Virus record (IMG/VR): IMGVR_UViG_3300032304_001060
Span: 30,729-94,728 of that record
Source of the DNA: a virus
DNA: 64,000 bases
Direction: 5' to 3' (one strand)
The notes under the pieces were generated by a model. That model was not told the DNA's origin. It did not search any database and saw only the letters and a list, made by a program, of their open reading frames with translations. This document shows, piece by piece, positions 25,040 through 35,063 of this stretch; position 1 is the stretch's first letter, and every line of letters starts with the position of its first letter. Made by a program: the position numbers and the translations under genes.

Positions 25040-27036
25040 TTTGCTTCTCCCCACTTGTTAACGATCTTTACTTCAGCGATTAGAGGAACTGTCATCTCAG
25101 GAATGTGGATACCTTCCATTGACTCACGGATTGCTTCCGCAACCTCTTCTGCTAAATCTTCACGAGCAACTGTAACCAGTTCATCATGCACAGTCAAAAT
25201 GACATTTGCGTTTGGTTCGTCGACAAAACAAGAGTGTGCCCGAACCATCGCTAATTTCATCAAATCTGCAGCAGATCCTTGAATAACGGTGTTAAATGCT
25301 TGACGATCGGCTCTGGCTTTGAGGCCACGATCCTTGCTCTTTAACTCTGGGATGTAGCGACGACGACCAAAGATGGTCTCTACATAAGGGATAGGGGATC
25401 TCCCAGTTGCTTGGCGGATCACCTTTGCCTTGTACTTGGAGATATCATGAAACTGCTCTTCAAAACGATTGAGTAGGTCTTTAGCATCTGATACAGAACA
25501 GCCAATGCTTTGAGCAATTTTGTCTGGTCCTACGCCGTATGCAATAGAAAGAACAAGAACCTTTCCAGCCTTTCGATCTACGCCCATGGTGTCACCAATA
25601 GTTGTGTAGATGTCTTCGCCATTGCGATAGTTGTTAACCATAATTGGGTCACCAGAGAATGCGGCGATGATGCGTGGCTCAATCTGTGAGTAGTCAGCCA
25701 TGATCAACTTATGTCCTGGAGGTGCTACAAAGAGGTTACGAATTAACTTTCCGTACTGACCGCTACTAGGGATGTTCTGTAGGTTAGGGTCACTACTGGA
25801 GAAACGACCTGTCTCTGCTCCATGGGCTTTAAAATTTGTGTGAACTTTCCCCTCAATCATGAGGCTCTTCTTCTCCACAATCTTTTCTTTGCCCATAGTT
25901 GTTCGGGTGATCTCGCCACCGAGATATGGCATTACATAAGTAGTCATCAACTTGTTCAGGTCTTGATACTCCAAGATTGCGTCAACAAGTTCGTCCTTAC
26001 TGCGATAGAACTCCAGCGCATCTGAGGAGACTGAGTAGTGATAGATAGACAACGCTTCTGGTTTGTTAGCAGCGATGTCTTGACCCTTAGCAGTCAGAGC
26101 AACACGGATCCGTAGATTAGGGCGGATGCCACGGCCCTCTGGCTTTGGTGAGAACAGTAGTTCTTGCTTCTCTTTTACAGAGTTCATAGAGAACGGTTTA
26201 CCCGTAAGTTTCCACGCCTTTGCTTTTGCAGCATCGATATCAATCTCAAGGCGTGCTTTAAGAGCAATCAATTCTTCTACATCAATAGTTGCGCCAGTTA
26301 ACTCCATGTCACAGAGAGCAGCAACAACATCCATCTCCAATGCCCAGACACGCTTAAGACTTCCCTCTAGACGTGGCTCTAGCGCTTTGTATAATTTCCA
26401 TGTGACCTCGGCATCAAACCCTGAGTAGTGTGCAACATCGCTAAACGAATGCACCTCAACCATTGCACCAATACCTTTTTCAACTTTGATTCCTAAAACC
26501 TTTTCAGCACAGGCTGCCAGACCTAATGCATTACGGTTTCGGTTGTCAATAACGAACATCGCCATGAGAGTGTCAAAGAAAGGTTTCTTTGGAACAACTC
26601 CACGGTAGTACTTAGAAATAGATTTTAAATCAAACTTAACATTGTGACCGATCTTTAACTTGTCACTAAAGAATAATGGCTTGAGTGCTTGGAATACTTC
26701 TCCAGGAAGAAGTTGCTCTGGTGGTGCGTCAAAGACTGGCGTCCACTTCGCTTGATTCTTTGAGTAGTCTGCATCTGTAAGGGTCTTGCCTGCTGCAGCC
26801 TTACGCTGACCACTTAACAACATCTCTTTATCCCAGTGAAGGAACTCACCATTTGGATGACCCATCGGGATTACGTCTGTACGACCTTCTGTGGCTAATG
26901 AAATCCACATGACGTCATTAACGACAGGTTGAATTCTATTTTCACCAACGGTTTCGCAATCAAATGCAAAAGCATCTACCTTGGAGTAAAACTCAACAAG
27001 GTCTTGTAACTGTTCTTTGGTTGTAATGATGTTCAT
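25036..27036 (-). CDS. polA: family A DNA polymerase (3'-5' exonuclease plus polymerase)
   Basis: DCET, HNVKFD, TGRFSSSDPNLQNIP, DYSQIEPR, IQGSAAD, VHDEL. Confidence 0.96.
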   Translation of the reverse strand: MNIITTKEQLQDLVEFYSKVDAFAFDCETVGENRIQPVVNDVMWISLATEGRTDVIPMGHPNGEFLHWDKEMLLSGQRKAAAGKTLTDADYSKNQAKWTPVFDAPPEQLLPGEVFQALKPLFFSDKLKIGHNVKFDLKSISKYYRGVVPKKPFFDTLMAMFVIDNRNRNALGLAACAEKVLGIKVEKGIGAMVEVHSFSDVAHYSGFDAEVTWKLYKALEPRLEGSLKRVWALEMDVVAALCDMELTGATIDVEELIALKARLEIDIDAAKAKAWKLTGKPFSMNSVKEKQELLFSPKPEGRGIRPNLRIRVALTAKGQDIAANKPEALSIYHYSVSSDALEFYRSKDELVDAILEYQDLNKLMTTYVMPYLGGEITRTTMGKEKIVEKKSLMIEGKVHTNFKAHGAETGRFSSSDPNLQNIPSSGQYGKLIRNLFVAPPGHKLIMADYSQIEPRIIAAFSGDPIMVNNYRNGEDIYTTIGDTMGVDRKAGKVLVLSIAYGVGPDKIAQSIGCSVSDAKDLLNRFEEQFHDISKYKAKVIRQATGRSPIPYVETIFGRRRYIPELKSKDRGLKARADRQAFNTVIQGSAADLMKLAMVRAHSCFVDEPNANVILTVHDELVTVAREDLAEEVAEAIRESMEGIHIPEMTVPLIAEVKIVNKWGEAK

Positions 27037-27056
27037 ATATCCCTCGTTTGTTAGAT

Positions 27057-27092
27057 GAAAGGGAGCCTGCGAATAGGTGCAGGCCCCCTTTC
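27057..27092 (-). terminator. stem-loop after ssb
   Basis: minus strand GAAAGGGGGCCTGC-N8-GCAGGCTCCCTTTC. Confidence 0.6.
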
Positions 27093-27106
27093 GGTGGAAA
27101 TTGCGC

Positions 27107-27754
27107 TTACGCTACTGAGCGAGCAACCTCAAGCATTTCGGAGCGAGGGGTCTCTCGAATAACTTCTGCTGTGAACGGTACAGCGGCTGCTACTAACTCA
27201 TTAACAGTGTCTTGCGACAATTTCCATTCCTCTGCTAGGTCACGGCCTCGAACGAAGTTGAGGGTGTACTGCGTTGTTGGGCCAGTACCTAGTCGAGAAA
27301 TTTCCCAGAACTCTTTTGACAGAGGTCCTTTGCGCTCATCGTCGTGAGCCTTCTTGATCTGACGAGCAAGTGAAGGAGGTGCTGTAAGAATCTGCACTCC
27401 TTGTACGTCTCCACTCAACACAAGAACGTTGAATGAAAACTTGCCACGAGGCTTGTCACCAAGGACATCGCAAAGTGGACATGCATCACCGATGCAGACG
27501 AAGGACTTCTTACCCTTTGGGCGTTCGATCCAGTGCTGCTCGTATGAAGCAAATGGTTGATCTTCAAGGAACTTTACAAGTTGTGGTTCATCAGAGAACT
27601 TGAAGTCTGTTGGGAACTCAGACGTGTTCTCTTGAACGAGTGAGTCGAATGCATCCCAGCCCTGCTGGACTGTTGTTCCGACCTTTGGCATTGCATCTTC
27701 GCTGTCTTCAGCGAGATAGTTGTCAGCATCAACTGACGGCTTTGTGATTGGCAT
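27107..27754 (-). CDS. single-stranded DNA-binding protein (gp32-like)
   Basis: VKFL, QHW, CIGDACPLC, ISRLGTG..TQY; adjacent to polA. Confidence 0.7.
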   Translation of the reverse strand: MPITKPSVDADNYLAEDSEDAMPKVGTTVQQGWDAFDSLVQENTSEFPTDFKFSDEPQLVKFLEDQPFASYEQHWIERPKGKKSFVCIGDACPLCDVLGDKPRGKFSFNVLVLSGDVQGVQILTAPPSLARQIKKAHDDERKGPLSKEFWEISRLGTGPTTQYTLNFVRGRDLAEEWKLSQDTVNELVAAAVPFTAEVIRETPRSEMLEVARSVA

Positions 27755-27778
27755 GTTTTTCCTTTTCGGTAATGAGGC

Positions 27779-28255
27779 CTATTGGCTCTCGTTGGCAGTG
27801 ATGACTTTCCAGGTTCGTACTAAAGTTTCTGTAAGGTCATCGTGTTGGCTCCACTCTACACGAGCGGCGCCTAGTAATCCTCTGCGATTGAATTCTTCAA
27901 TAGCAGATTCTATGAGCGCTCTAGTGTACACACGATTGCCACCAGTCTTCTGACCTTTAAGGGTCTTTGAACGAAGTCTGTATGGTGCACGTGGGATATA
28001 ACCTTTGCGCTCCCATAGGCGAATAGTCACAATGGTCTTTTCCAATGCAAGTGCCAAAGCACCGATTGTAAATACCTCTGTCTCTATTCCACCTAATGTT
28101 TTCATGATTGGGTTTGAATCCCAACCATTACTCTCACCGCTTTTACGGCGAGAAACCTTTGCATCTGGTTCACGACGCTTACGCTTTGACCCAGGAATGT
28201 ACTCTAGATCAGCAAACGCTTTTTCAATTTCGTCATCGCCACGAAGACCAGCCAT
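27779..28255 (-). CDS. MerR-like HTH DNA-binding protein
   Basis: FTIGALALAL...TIRLWERKGYIP...RVYT. Confidence 0.8.
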   Translation of the reverse strand: MAGLRGDDEIEKAFADLEYIPGSKRKRREPDAKVSRRKSGESNGWDSNPIMKTLGGIETEVFTIGALALALEKTIVTIRLWERKGYIPRAPYRLRSKTLKGQKTGGNRVYTRALIESAIEEFNRRGLLGAARVEWSQHDDLTETLVRTWKVITANESQ

Positions 28256-28258
28256 GTG

Positions 28259-28699
28259 TTATCGCTTCTTCATGACGAGTGCCCAGACAACATTTGCTGG
28301 GTACATTTCTTCGACTTCGTCTTCAGTCAAATCATCGTTGTAGAGAGCGGCCATAAGAGCATCCTCATCTACAACACGAATTGTTTTGTACAAGGTATCT
28401 TCCATACCATGCTCTGCAATGATCTCTTCTGCACGAGTCTCATTAATCTTGCGTGATACACGGCGCTGCTTTACTACTGCTACAACTCCATTGATATCTT
28501 CTGGAAGTTCAATAACAACATTTCCTGAAGAGTCTTCTTCACCTTCAGAATCGATTCGATCAAACAATTTGGCTTTGAGTTCTTTCTGTTGTTTTTCCCA
28601 ATACTCAAGTTGCTCTTTCACAAAGGCGTAATGCTTTGCTTGTGCCATGAGATCGTCTTCCACACTTACACGTGGTTCTTCGTCTTTTATTCTTGCCAT
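28259..28699 (-). CDS. hypothetical phage protein
   Basis: 146 aa, coiled coil then VDEDAL motif. Confidence 0.7.
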   Translation of the reverse strand: MARIKDEEPRVSVEDDLMAQAKHYAFVKEQLEYWEKQQKELKAKLFDRIDSEGEEDSSGNVVIELPEDINGVVAVVKQRRVSRKINETRAEEIIAEHGMEDTLYKTIRVVDEDALMAALYNDDLTEDEVEEMYPANVVWALVMKKR

Positions 28700-28709
28700 G
28701 TTATACCCC

Positions 28710-30281
28710 CTATGGTCTTGCGTTCTGTAGAAAACCTATCAGACTTCCAACGGTTAAATCAACTCCGCCCTTGGCGTTGATCCCCTGCCCGTCCATGACG
28801 GCATCGGCTACAGCGTTCTTCTGTTGGAGCATATCATACTGACGCCCCTCTATCGATTTGGCTACGAGGATGTCTTGAATAGTGATACTCGGCCAGCGGC
28901 TGGAGGCTCTCTTGATTCGGCCGTTCCTCTGGACTGCCAAGCCAGCGCTCCAAGGTAGGTCATAGTTTATGAGGAGATTAGCATTAGGAAGATCGACACC
29001 GTACCCACCAGCATCGCTAGATATAAATACACGACAATCAGGATCTGTAAGGAACTTAGTTTTACTTGCTTCTTTTTCTTTTGCATTCATGCTCCCTGTG
29101 TACAAAGTTCCGCTTACTGCATCCTGTATTGGAGCAAGCATTCCAACCCACGATGTAAACACAACCACCTTTGCTGCAGGATCGGTCTCTAAATGATCGA
29201 GAACATACACCTTTAACGCATCTAACTTTGGGGTTTTATTTACTCCCTCTAGTAATCCTCGTTCTTTTAAACTAGAGGTGTACGCACTTCCTTCGCCAAG
29301 TTGTTTATCAAACTTCTCTGCGCTATCAACTAAGAGTTGTGGACTGTCGCATAACATTCTCAGTGCCGTAATTTTCGACATGATTGAGCCACGCATCATG
29401 TCTGCAGGGCTTCCTGGCTTACTGTCGTGCCCGTAGTGAGCCATCAGTGAAAAGTTTGCACCTAGCAACTGTTGTGCCTCGTACAACTCGTTGCTCAGTT
29501 CGTCAGCGATAAAGTTATAGAGCGAAGATGTCTTCTTATCAAAATCAATGGTGAGAGGATCACGATGAATCGTGTCAGGTAGATATGGGGATACATCTGG
29601 ATCAGTCTGGATCTTACGTACTGATGCTTGCTTCATCTTCTCGTGGAAGATCGGTAAGTTCCTGTATCTTTGAACACCGCCAAAATGATTACGTACAATA
29701 AAGGTCTGATCAAATAAATCGAAGCGCCCAAGCAATCCGTCGTCAACAAACTGCATGATGCTGTACACCTCTTCAGGACGTCCGTTCTCAATAGGAGTTC
29801 CAGTCAGAGCAAATCTAATTGGGATCTTTGAACCGAGTTTCTTTACGGCTTTGGCTCGCTTAGACCGAAAGCCCTTGATCGCAGTTGCCTCATCACAGAC
29901 TACTGCGCCCCACTCATAGTCCTTAATGATGTCCCAGTCCGCCACGATCGTCTCGTAGTTAGCGATGATGTAGCCAGTATGTTCTTCCCAGCCCATGTCT
30001 CTTTCCCAGCGTATGGATCGAACTGACTTTGCACCGTCAATGACTGAGGCGTAGTCGTCAGAGAACTTGGCGATCTCTTTCTGCCACTGATACTTCAAAC
30101 TTGATAGCGCGATCACTAAGGTTGGCTTAGTTAAATCACCAACTTCTTTTAACTTCTCTAGTGCGGCAATCGTCATACATGTCTTGCCAAGACCCATCTC
30201 ATAGGCAACCAGCATCTTCTTGCGGTTGACCATACGATCAACTGCCTCTACTTGATAGGGCTTGAGTGTTCCTTTAAACAT
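28710..30281 (-). CDS. SNF2-family helicase
   Basis: LKPYQ, MGLGKT, CDEA, LTGTPIEN, QRNGRIKR. Confidence 0.93.
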   Translation of the reverse strand: MFKGTLKPYQVEAVDRMVNRKKMLVAYEMGLGKTCMTIAALEKLKEVGDLTKPTLVIALSSLKYQWQKEIAKFSDDYASVIDGAKSVRSIRWERDMGWEEHTGYIIANYETIVADWDIIKDYEWGAVVCDEATAIKGFRSKRAKAVKKLGSKIPIRFALTGTPIENGRPEEVYSIMQFVDDGLLGRFDLFDQTFIVRNHFGGVQRYRNLPIFHEKMKQASVRKIQTDPDVSPYLPDTIHRDPLTIDFDKKTSSLYNFIADELSNELYEAQQLLGANFSLMAHYGHDSKPGSPADMMRGSIMSKITALRMLCDSPQLLVDSAEKFDKQLGEGSAYTSSLKERGLLEGVNKTPKLDALKVYVLDHLETDPAAKVVVFTSWVGMLAPIQDAVSGTLYTGSMNAKEKEASKTKFLTDPDCRVFISSDAGGYGVDLPNANLLINYDLPWSAGLAVQRNGRIKRASSRWPSITIQDILVAKSIEGRQYDMLQQKNAVADAVMDGQGINAKGGVDLTVGSLIGFLQNARP

Positions 30282-30444
30282 TATCTATCGGCGTCGGGGC
30301 TGTTGCCAAGGCTCCACATAGGTAGCACTCCATATCTAGCATGTACAAGGAAATTTCCCCTTCCTCAAACATTGCCTTTACATTCCACAGAGTAGAACCA
30401 CATATACAAACATGTAAGGGGCGCTCTTTATCTCGGAGATCCAT
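30274..30444 (-). CDS. small zinc-ribbon protein (56 aa, not in ORF track)
   Basis: MDLRDKERPLHVCICGS...ECYLCGALATAPTP. Confidence 0.65.
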   Translation of the reverse strand: MDLRDKERPLHVCICGSTLWNVKAMFEEGEISLYMLDMECYLCGALATAPTPIDNV

Positions 30445-31376
30445 CATAAGTAAGCAGCCTTCCCTAGTACCGATGTCTTTGCCGTTTTAATTCCGTGCTC
30501 AATCTCAGCCTCTGTCATGTCACCAACATCCTTGACGTCAATTCCACGATAGTTGAAATAGTATAAATCCATACCGTACTTTCTAGCAAAGCCACGCATC
30601 TGTTCATTAGCCGTATGACCAGCCTTGTCATTATCGAACGCAGCAATAATCTTTGGAGCACGGCGCAAAATCTTGGCTTGCTCTTCACTCATGATTGCAC
30701 CAAAAGTGGACACAGCGTTATGGCCTAAGCCAGTTAACCGAACAGCGTCTAGCGGTGATTCAACAACGATGAGGTCATGGGTTGAACTCATGATGTGAAC
30801 TCCAAAGACTGTCCTTGACTTCTTAACTCCCGCAGGTTGATTGCGAAAGAAGCGTCCACGAGCACCCTTCTCTTGCCAACCCCATAACGAACCGTCGTCA
30901 GGGTCTCTGATAGGAAGAATCCATGCCTCATTGCTCTTGTCCCAAAGAACTCCATGTACATTTACTGGACCTATTTTTAAGAATCGTTTTTTTAACTCTA
31001 TCTCTGGTGGCTCTGTGTACACAGCAAGTCGAGCCTCAGACATTGCGATCGTCTCTTCAGGTTGCACGTACTGTGGTAAATCTTTTATTCGGCGCATAAG
31101 AGAGTCGAGAGGAATCTCAACATTTTCGCCAATGTAGTCCTGTGCATCAAAATAACTTATGCCTTTAACATCAGCAACAAGTGTGAATATATTTCCCTTG
31201 TAACCACAAGAGAAGCAGATGTGTGCTCCACTCTCAGAATTTATCCACCATGATGGTGAGTGATCCTCTTTGCCTGTGCGCTTCTTGTGCATTGGGCATA
31301 GGCCATTAACCTCAACTCCTCGCTGTGCAAAAAGTTGTAGGTCAAGTCCTACGAGGACACGCTCGACATCAATCAC
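30444..31376 (-). CDS. dnaG: DNA primase (CHC2 zinc finger plus TOPRIM)
   Basis: CPMH...CFSC, VVESPLD, FDNDKAG, KDVGDM. Confidence 0.92.
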   Translation of the reverse strand: MIDVERVLVGLDLQLFAQRGVEVNGLCPMHKKRTGKEDHSPSWWINSESGAHICFSCGYKGNIFTLVADVKGISYFDAQDYIGENVEIPLDSLMRRIKDLPQYVQPEETIAMSEARLAVYTEPPEIELKKRFLKIGPVNVHGVLWDKSNEAWILPIRDPDDGSLWGWQEKGARGRFFRNQPAGVKKSRTVFGVHIMSSTHDLIVVESPLDAVRLTGLGHNAVSTFGAIMSEEQAKILRRAPKIIAAFDNDKAGHTANEQMRGFARKYGMDLYYFNYRGIDVKDVGDMTEAEIEHGIKTAKTSVLGKAAYL

Positions 31377-32623
31377 ACACGGCTCCAGTCAGAGCAATAC
31401 TTGCACTTAAATACTTCATCCTCATCGTGGAAGCATCCAGTCTCCCAGCGCCATGTCAGCGCCGTCTCTGTAGGACCGCAGTTACGACTTGCAACAACCT
31501 TTAGGTTACGAAGTTCTTCATCTTCTTCAATAGGTTCGAGACCAAGAATTACGTCAGAGTCTTGGAAGAATGAGGATGAGTAACCAATTGAATCAGCAGT
31601 TACCTTTCCAGCACGCATCTTCCATAAGAGTGTCTGAGTAGTAATGATGACTGGCTTGTCAATCTTTTGAGCAAGTCTCTTGAGTGCACGGGTGATGTTG
31701 GTGATGGCTTGGGGAGTGTTCATCTCACCTGTGATCTCATCAAGCATGAGGTAAACACCGTCGACAAACACAATGTCAGGTTTTGTCTGTTCAATCTTTG
31801 CGGCTAATGCAGAGACTGTAATTCCATTTACAGCATCAACCAAATGGAATGAGTGCTCCTTCTCCATCTCATTCAAGATATCGATGTAGCGTGCTTCTTC
31901 TGCTGGCAAAAGTTTTCCTCGACGCAATCGACCATGAGAAATGTTTGCACGCATTGCATCGTGACGTTGTTGTTGCTCATGGTTGTTCATCTCAAATGAT
32001 TGAAACATTGGGATGTTACCTTGACGATGGATATTGATTGCCATCTTTAATGCAATCTGAGACTTACCTGTCTTTGGTGGAGCAATGATTGTTACCAACT
32101 GCCCACCTTGCAAACCAGCAGTTGCTTCATCGATCTTTGCAAACCCAGTAGGTATTCCTAAAAACTCTGCGTTCTGTAACGCTTGATATTCCTTGTAGCG
32201 TTCTTCGGTGTTCTTTGTAAGATCGATCTCATGAGTTCCAAGTACCCCTTGCTCATTGACCTTAGTGATTGTCGCTTCCATTGCAAGAAGAGCAGCGTCG
32301 TGGTTGTTCTCTTGTAGTTGCTCAATTGCACTCTCAAGACCTTGACGGGTGAGCATGCGACGACGGAAGTCAACCATCGTATCAAGAAGATACTCAACAT
32401 TATCTTGTACATCTAGTACTTTGTAGTTTGGGTAGTGATCTTTAACGGTGACAGCAGTAGGCACTTCGTTGTATTCACCGTAGTGCTTACGAACGAATGC
32501 CCATACTCTTTTGTTTTCATCATCAAGAAACCATGCGTCATTAACACCACGTTGTAACGCGGGGATGATGTCGCGGTCACGAATGACCTTGCTGACTAAA
32601 CGATGTTCGTTATCTGCTGCCAT
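31373..32623 (-). CDS. dnaB: DnaB-like replicative helicase
   Basis: IPTGF, APPKTGKS, SFEM, FVDG, QDSD, SRN. Confidence 0.93.
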   Translation of the reverse strand: MAADNEHRLVSKVIRDRDIIPALQRGVNDAWFLDDENKRVWAFVRKHYGEYNEVPTAVTVKDHYPNYKVLDVQDNVEYLLDTMVDFRRRMLTRQGLESAIEQLQENNHDAALLAMEATITKVNEQGVLGTHEIDLTKNTEERYKEYQALQNAEFLGIPTGFAKIDEATAGLQGGQLVTIIAPPKTGKSQIALKMAINIHRQGNIPMFQSFEMNNHEQQQRHDAMRANISHGRLRRGKLLPAEEARYIDILNEMEKEHSFHLVDAVNGITVSALAAKIEQTKPDIVFVDGVYLMLDEITGEMNTPQAITNITRALKRLAQKIDKPVIITTQTLLWKMRAGKVTADSIGYSSSFFQDSDVILGLEPIEEDEELRNLKVVASRNCGPTETALTWRWETGCFHDEDEVFKCKYCSDWSRV

Positions 32624-32632
32624 CTTTTTCTC

Positions 32633-32749
32633 CTAATGAAATCGTTCGCCACAAGTAGCGCATTGTAAGTATGAATTAGCATTAACCCAGATGCGATTAA
32701 TGTCATGGCTGTGGCACATTGGACAGATGACGTTTGCTATGTTTCCCAT
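32633..32749 (-). CDS. tiny zinc-ribbon protein (38 aa)
   Basis: CPMC...CATCGERF; GGAGGG RBS. Confidence 0.55.
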   Translation of the reverse strand: MGNIANVICPMCHSHDINRIWVNANSYLQCATCGERFH

Positions 32750-32767
32750 TTTCCCTCCCTCAAGGGT

Positions 32768-33184
32768 TTAGATGTTGTCTATTTCTACACCCGCTGACCC
32801 ATATCTGGCAACTCGGCCAGGAATATCGATCACCGCCTTCAAGTTAGGCCTATACGGTAGGCCTGCAACTAACTCGTCCGCATCCTCGTACAACTGCCAG
32901 TAGTTAAATGGGTTAACCACACGACGCTCAAGTTTTTCGAACGCTTTGTCTAGGAGTTCCTCAGTCCACCCCTCAGCCTCAAACCCAGCCAACTCTAAAG
33001 AGATCCCGTAGTTATTTGAGAGGACCCACAACTTGTTGGCGCTTTGTAAATTGACGGCGCCGATCTTAGTCTCAGTCTTCTTTGAGAGAAGTCTCTTAGT
33101 TTCCTCTTGCGTTAGTTGAACGACGACGTCTGTGAGACAGATCACTTGAGGAGAGGAGACGTTAGATATGTCTCCGTTTTTCAT
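32768..33184 (-). CDS. hypothetical protein (possibly degenerate HAD fold)
   Basis: 138 aa, ATGA overlap with upstream gene. Confidence 0.7.
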   Translation of the reverse strand: MKNGDISNVSSPQVICLTDVVVQLTQEETKRLLSKKTETKIGAVNLQSANKLWVLSNNYGISLELAGFEAEGWTEELLDKAFEKLERRVVNPFNYWQLYEDADELVAGLPYRPNLKAVIDIPGRVARYGSAGVEIDNI

Positions 33185-33489
33185 ATGACTTCGACTTTGG
33201 CGTACTTGACTACGAAGTCACGAAACTTTTCAGCGTCCTCACTAGCGTCTACAGCAAGTTCTGCTGAGACTTCCGTAGGAACAAGGATTGAGTAGTGACC
33301 ATTGTTAAAGCGCATCTTGTTATTGACAAATGAAGTGTGCTTGCAAGAATTGTTCTTAGCAAATACTGGACAGGTACACCGAACATCTTTTGTTTCAGTA
33401 TCGACCTCTACCTCAAAGACTCCAGCGCCTTGAGAAGAAATGAAGAGTTGAACAGTACGCCATGACGACTCCATGCTCATCCCTTTCAT
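33181..33489 (-). CDS. SWIM zinc-finger protein
   Basis: CTCP-x7-CKH. Confidence 0.75.
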   Translation of the reverse strand: MKGMSMESSWRTVQLFISSQGAGVFEVEVDTETKDVRCTCPVFAKNNSCKHTSFVNNKMRFNNGHYSILVPTEVSAELAVDASEDAEKFRDFVVKYAKVEVI

Positions 33490-34208
33490 TGTGCTGCTCG
33501 CAAGTCTGAACCTATGATAGGGACTCGGATAAAGGCTTCGTTGGCGAAACTTGCCATCGCTTCCTTGTACACCGCTTCCCAATTCTCAAGTCTAACATTT
33601 GTAGTAACGATTGTCGGTAGAGCCTTGTCGTATCTTAGTCGGAGAATTTCATCAAAGGATGAGTCGTTGTACTCAGAGCCGTACTCTTTTCCTAAATCGT
33701 CAATAACAAGTACACGAACATTTAGCCAGTCAAACTTTGCTCTTCCGTGGTAGCCGTCTAACTCATACATCGCTTCACGCTTATCGTCTGGCAGAGCGTC
33801 AAAGGTCGCCTTCTTGCGGGAGAGGAACTCTGGATAGGTCATGTAGTAGATCGGCTTAAACGCCAGACCGTAATCCTTCTGGTTAGTTCCAAGAACCTTG
33901 CATGCCTCTGCATCATTCTCTGGAAGACGGCGAAGGAATTCCATAGCAGCAACTACTGCATGAGTTGTCTTTCCAATTCCTGGACCACCGTCAAAGAGAA
34001 GGCCCACACCGTTGACTCCGATGCTGCCAATCTGTTTAATGACCTCACCATTTACAACATCATCAATCCATGTGGACACTTCTTTTGGAAAGAATCCAGC
34101 ACGATCAATGACGTCCTGCGGTTCAAGTCCAAAGAACCTGCGAGGAATGTTCGATGTGCGAGTAAGCCAATGCCTCTTCAAAGAAGATAGTTCGTTAATG
34201 TCGTACAT
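33486..34208 (-). CDS. DnaC/IstB-like helicase loader ATPase
   Basis: GGPGIGKT, LVIDDLGKE, LRYDKALPTIVTTN, GSDLR. Confidence 0.9.
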   Translation of the reverse strand: MYDINELSSLKRHWLTRTSNIPRRFFGLEPQDVIDRAGFFPKEVSTWIDDVVNGEVIKQIGSIGVNGVGLLFDGGPGIGKTTHAVVAAMEFLRRLPENDAEACKVLGTNQKDYGLAFKPIYYMTYPEFLSRKKATFDALPDDKREAMYELDGYHGRAKFDWLNVRVLVIDDLGKEYGSEYNDSSFDEILRLRYDKALPTIVTTNVRLENWEAVYKEAMASFANEAFIRVPIIGSDLRAAQ

Positions 34209-34226
34209 AATGTCTCTCCCGACACT

Positions 34227-34529
34227 TTAGCCTCGAATAATACGGCGGATCTCTGTGCCACAAGTCGGACACGATCCTAGCAAAATCTTTCTTCCAGAAC
34301 TTAAGGACTTCTCTACACCGTCATATGCGGTGACGCTCTTCTTACAGGAGAGACAGTAGGCAGTCATTTCTTTTCTTGGATGTTCTGCAACACCTAAGAA
34401 GTCAAGCAGTTGCTCCACGATCACCACGTCACGTCCTAAAACGCTATGTGAGTACTCGGAAGCAAACGCTTGAATCTCACGAATAAACTCTTCACGAGCC
34501 TCTAAAGCAATGGCCTTAATTGCTCCCAT
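34227..34529 (-). CDS. DUF5679-like zinc-ribbon protein
   Basis: AYCLSCK...GSCPTCGTEIRRI. Confidence 0.7.
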   Translation of the reverse strand: MGAIKAIALEAREEFIREIQAFASEYSHSVLGRDVVIVEQLLDFLGVAEHPRKEMTAYCLSCKKSVTAYDGVEKSLSSGRKILLGSCPTCGTEIRRIIRG

Positions 34530-34536
34530 TTTTTGC

Positions 34537-34818
34537 TTACGCCTTAAAAACAAGTTCACCACGGAAAAAGAGAGGCTTGTTCTTTGCATCAAGGTCAGCG
34601 CCAGCAACCATCTTTACAGACTTGCGTGGGGTTAGTTCTTGAACCTTCTCTTTAATCCAGCGCTTTCCTGCAGATGCGTTTGCCCATGCAGAATCTAGAA
34701 GAACATCGACAGTATCGATTCCCTCGTCTTGTACAGAGACAGTCGCCATCCATGCTCCACCTTTTACGTTGTTCTTTGTTAGGTCTGCTTTAAAGACCTT
34801 GCTTACTTTCTTAGCCAT
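34537..34818 (-). CDS. hypothetical protein
   Basis: MAKKVSKVFKA..., packed operon. Confidence 0.7.
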   Translation of the reverse strand: MAKKVSKVFKADLTKNNVKGGAWMATVSVQDEGIDTVDVLLDSAWANASAGKRWIKEKVQELTPRKSVKMVAGADLDAKNKPLFFRGELVFKA

Positions 34819-34819
34819 G

Positions 34820-34978
34820 TTATTCCCCATCTTCTTCTGCGGTTAGTTCGTCTTCCAATGTGTACTCTTCAAGAGCCTTGCTCAGTGTCGAGTAGTTTGT
34901 AGCCAGGATTACAAGGTAGTAAATCGCAGATACAAATGCAATCCAAAATACAATAACAATCCACATATCAATAATCAT
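34820..34978 (-). CDS. small membrane protein (52 aa)
   Basis: MIIDMWIVIVFWIAFVSAIYYLVILA plus acidic tail. Confidence 0.55.
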   Translation of the reverse strand: MIIDMWIVIVFWIAFVSAIYYLVILATNYSTLSKALEEYTLEDELTAEEDGE

Positions 34979-35063
34979 TGTTGTTTCGCTAACTCTTCTT
35001 TAACAATCTTGCGAACGTCTTCTACAGTTAACTGAGGACGTGATCCTGTCATCTCTTGTGGAA

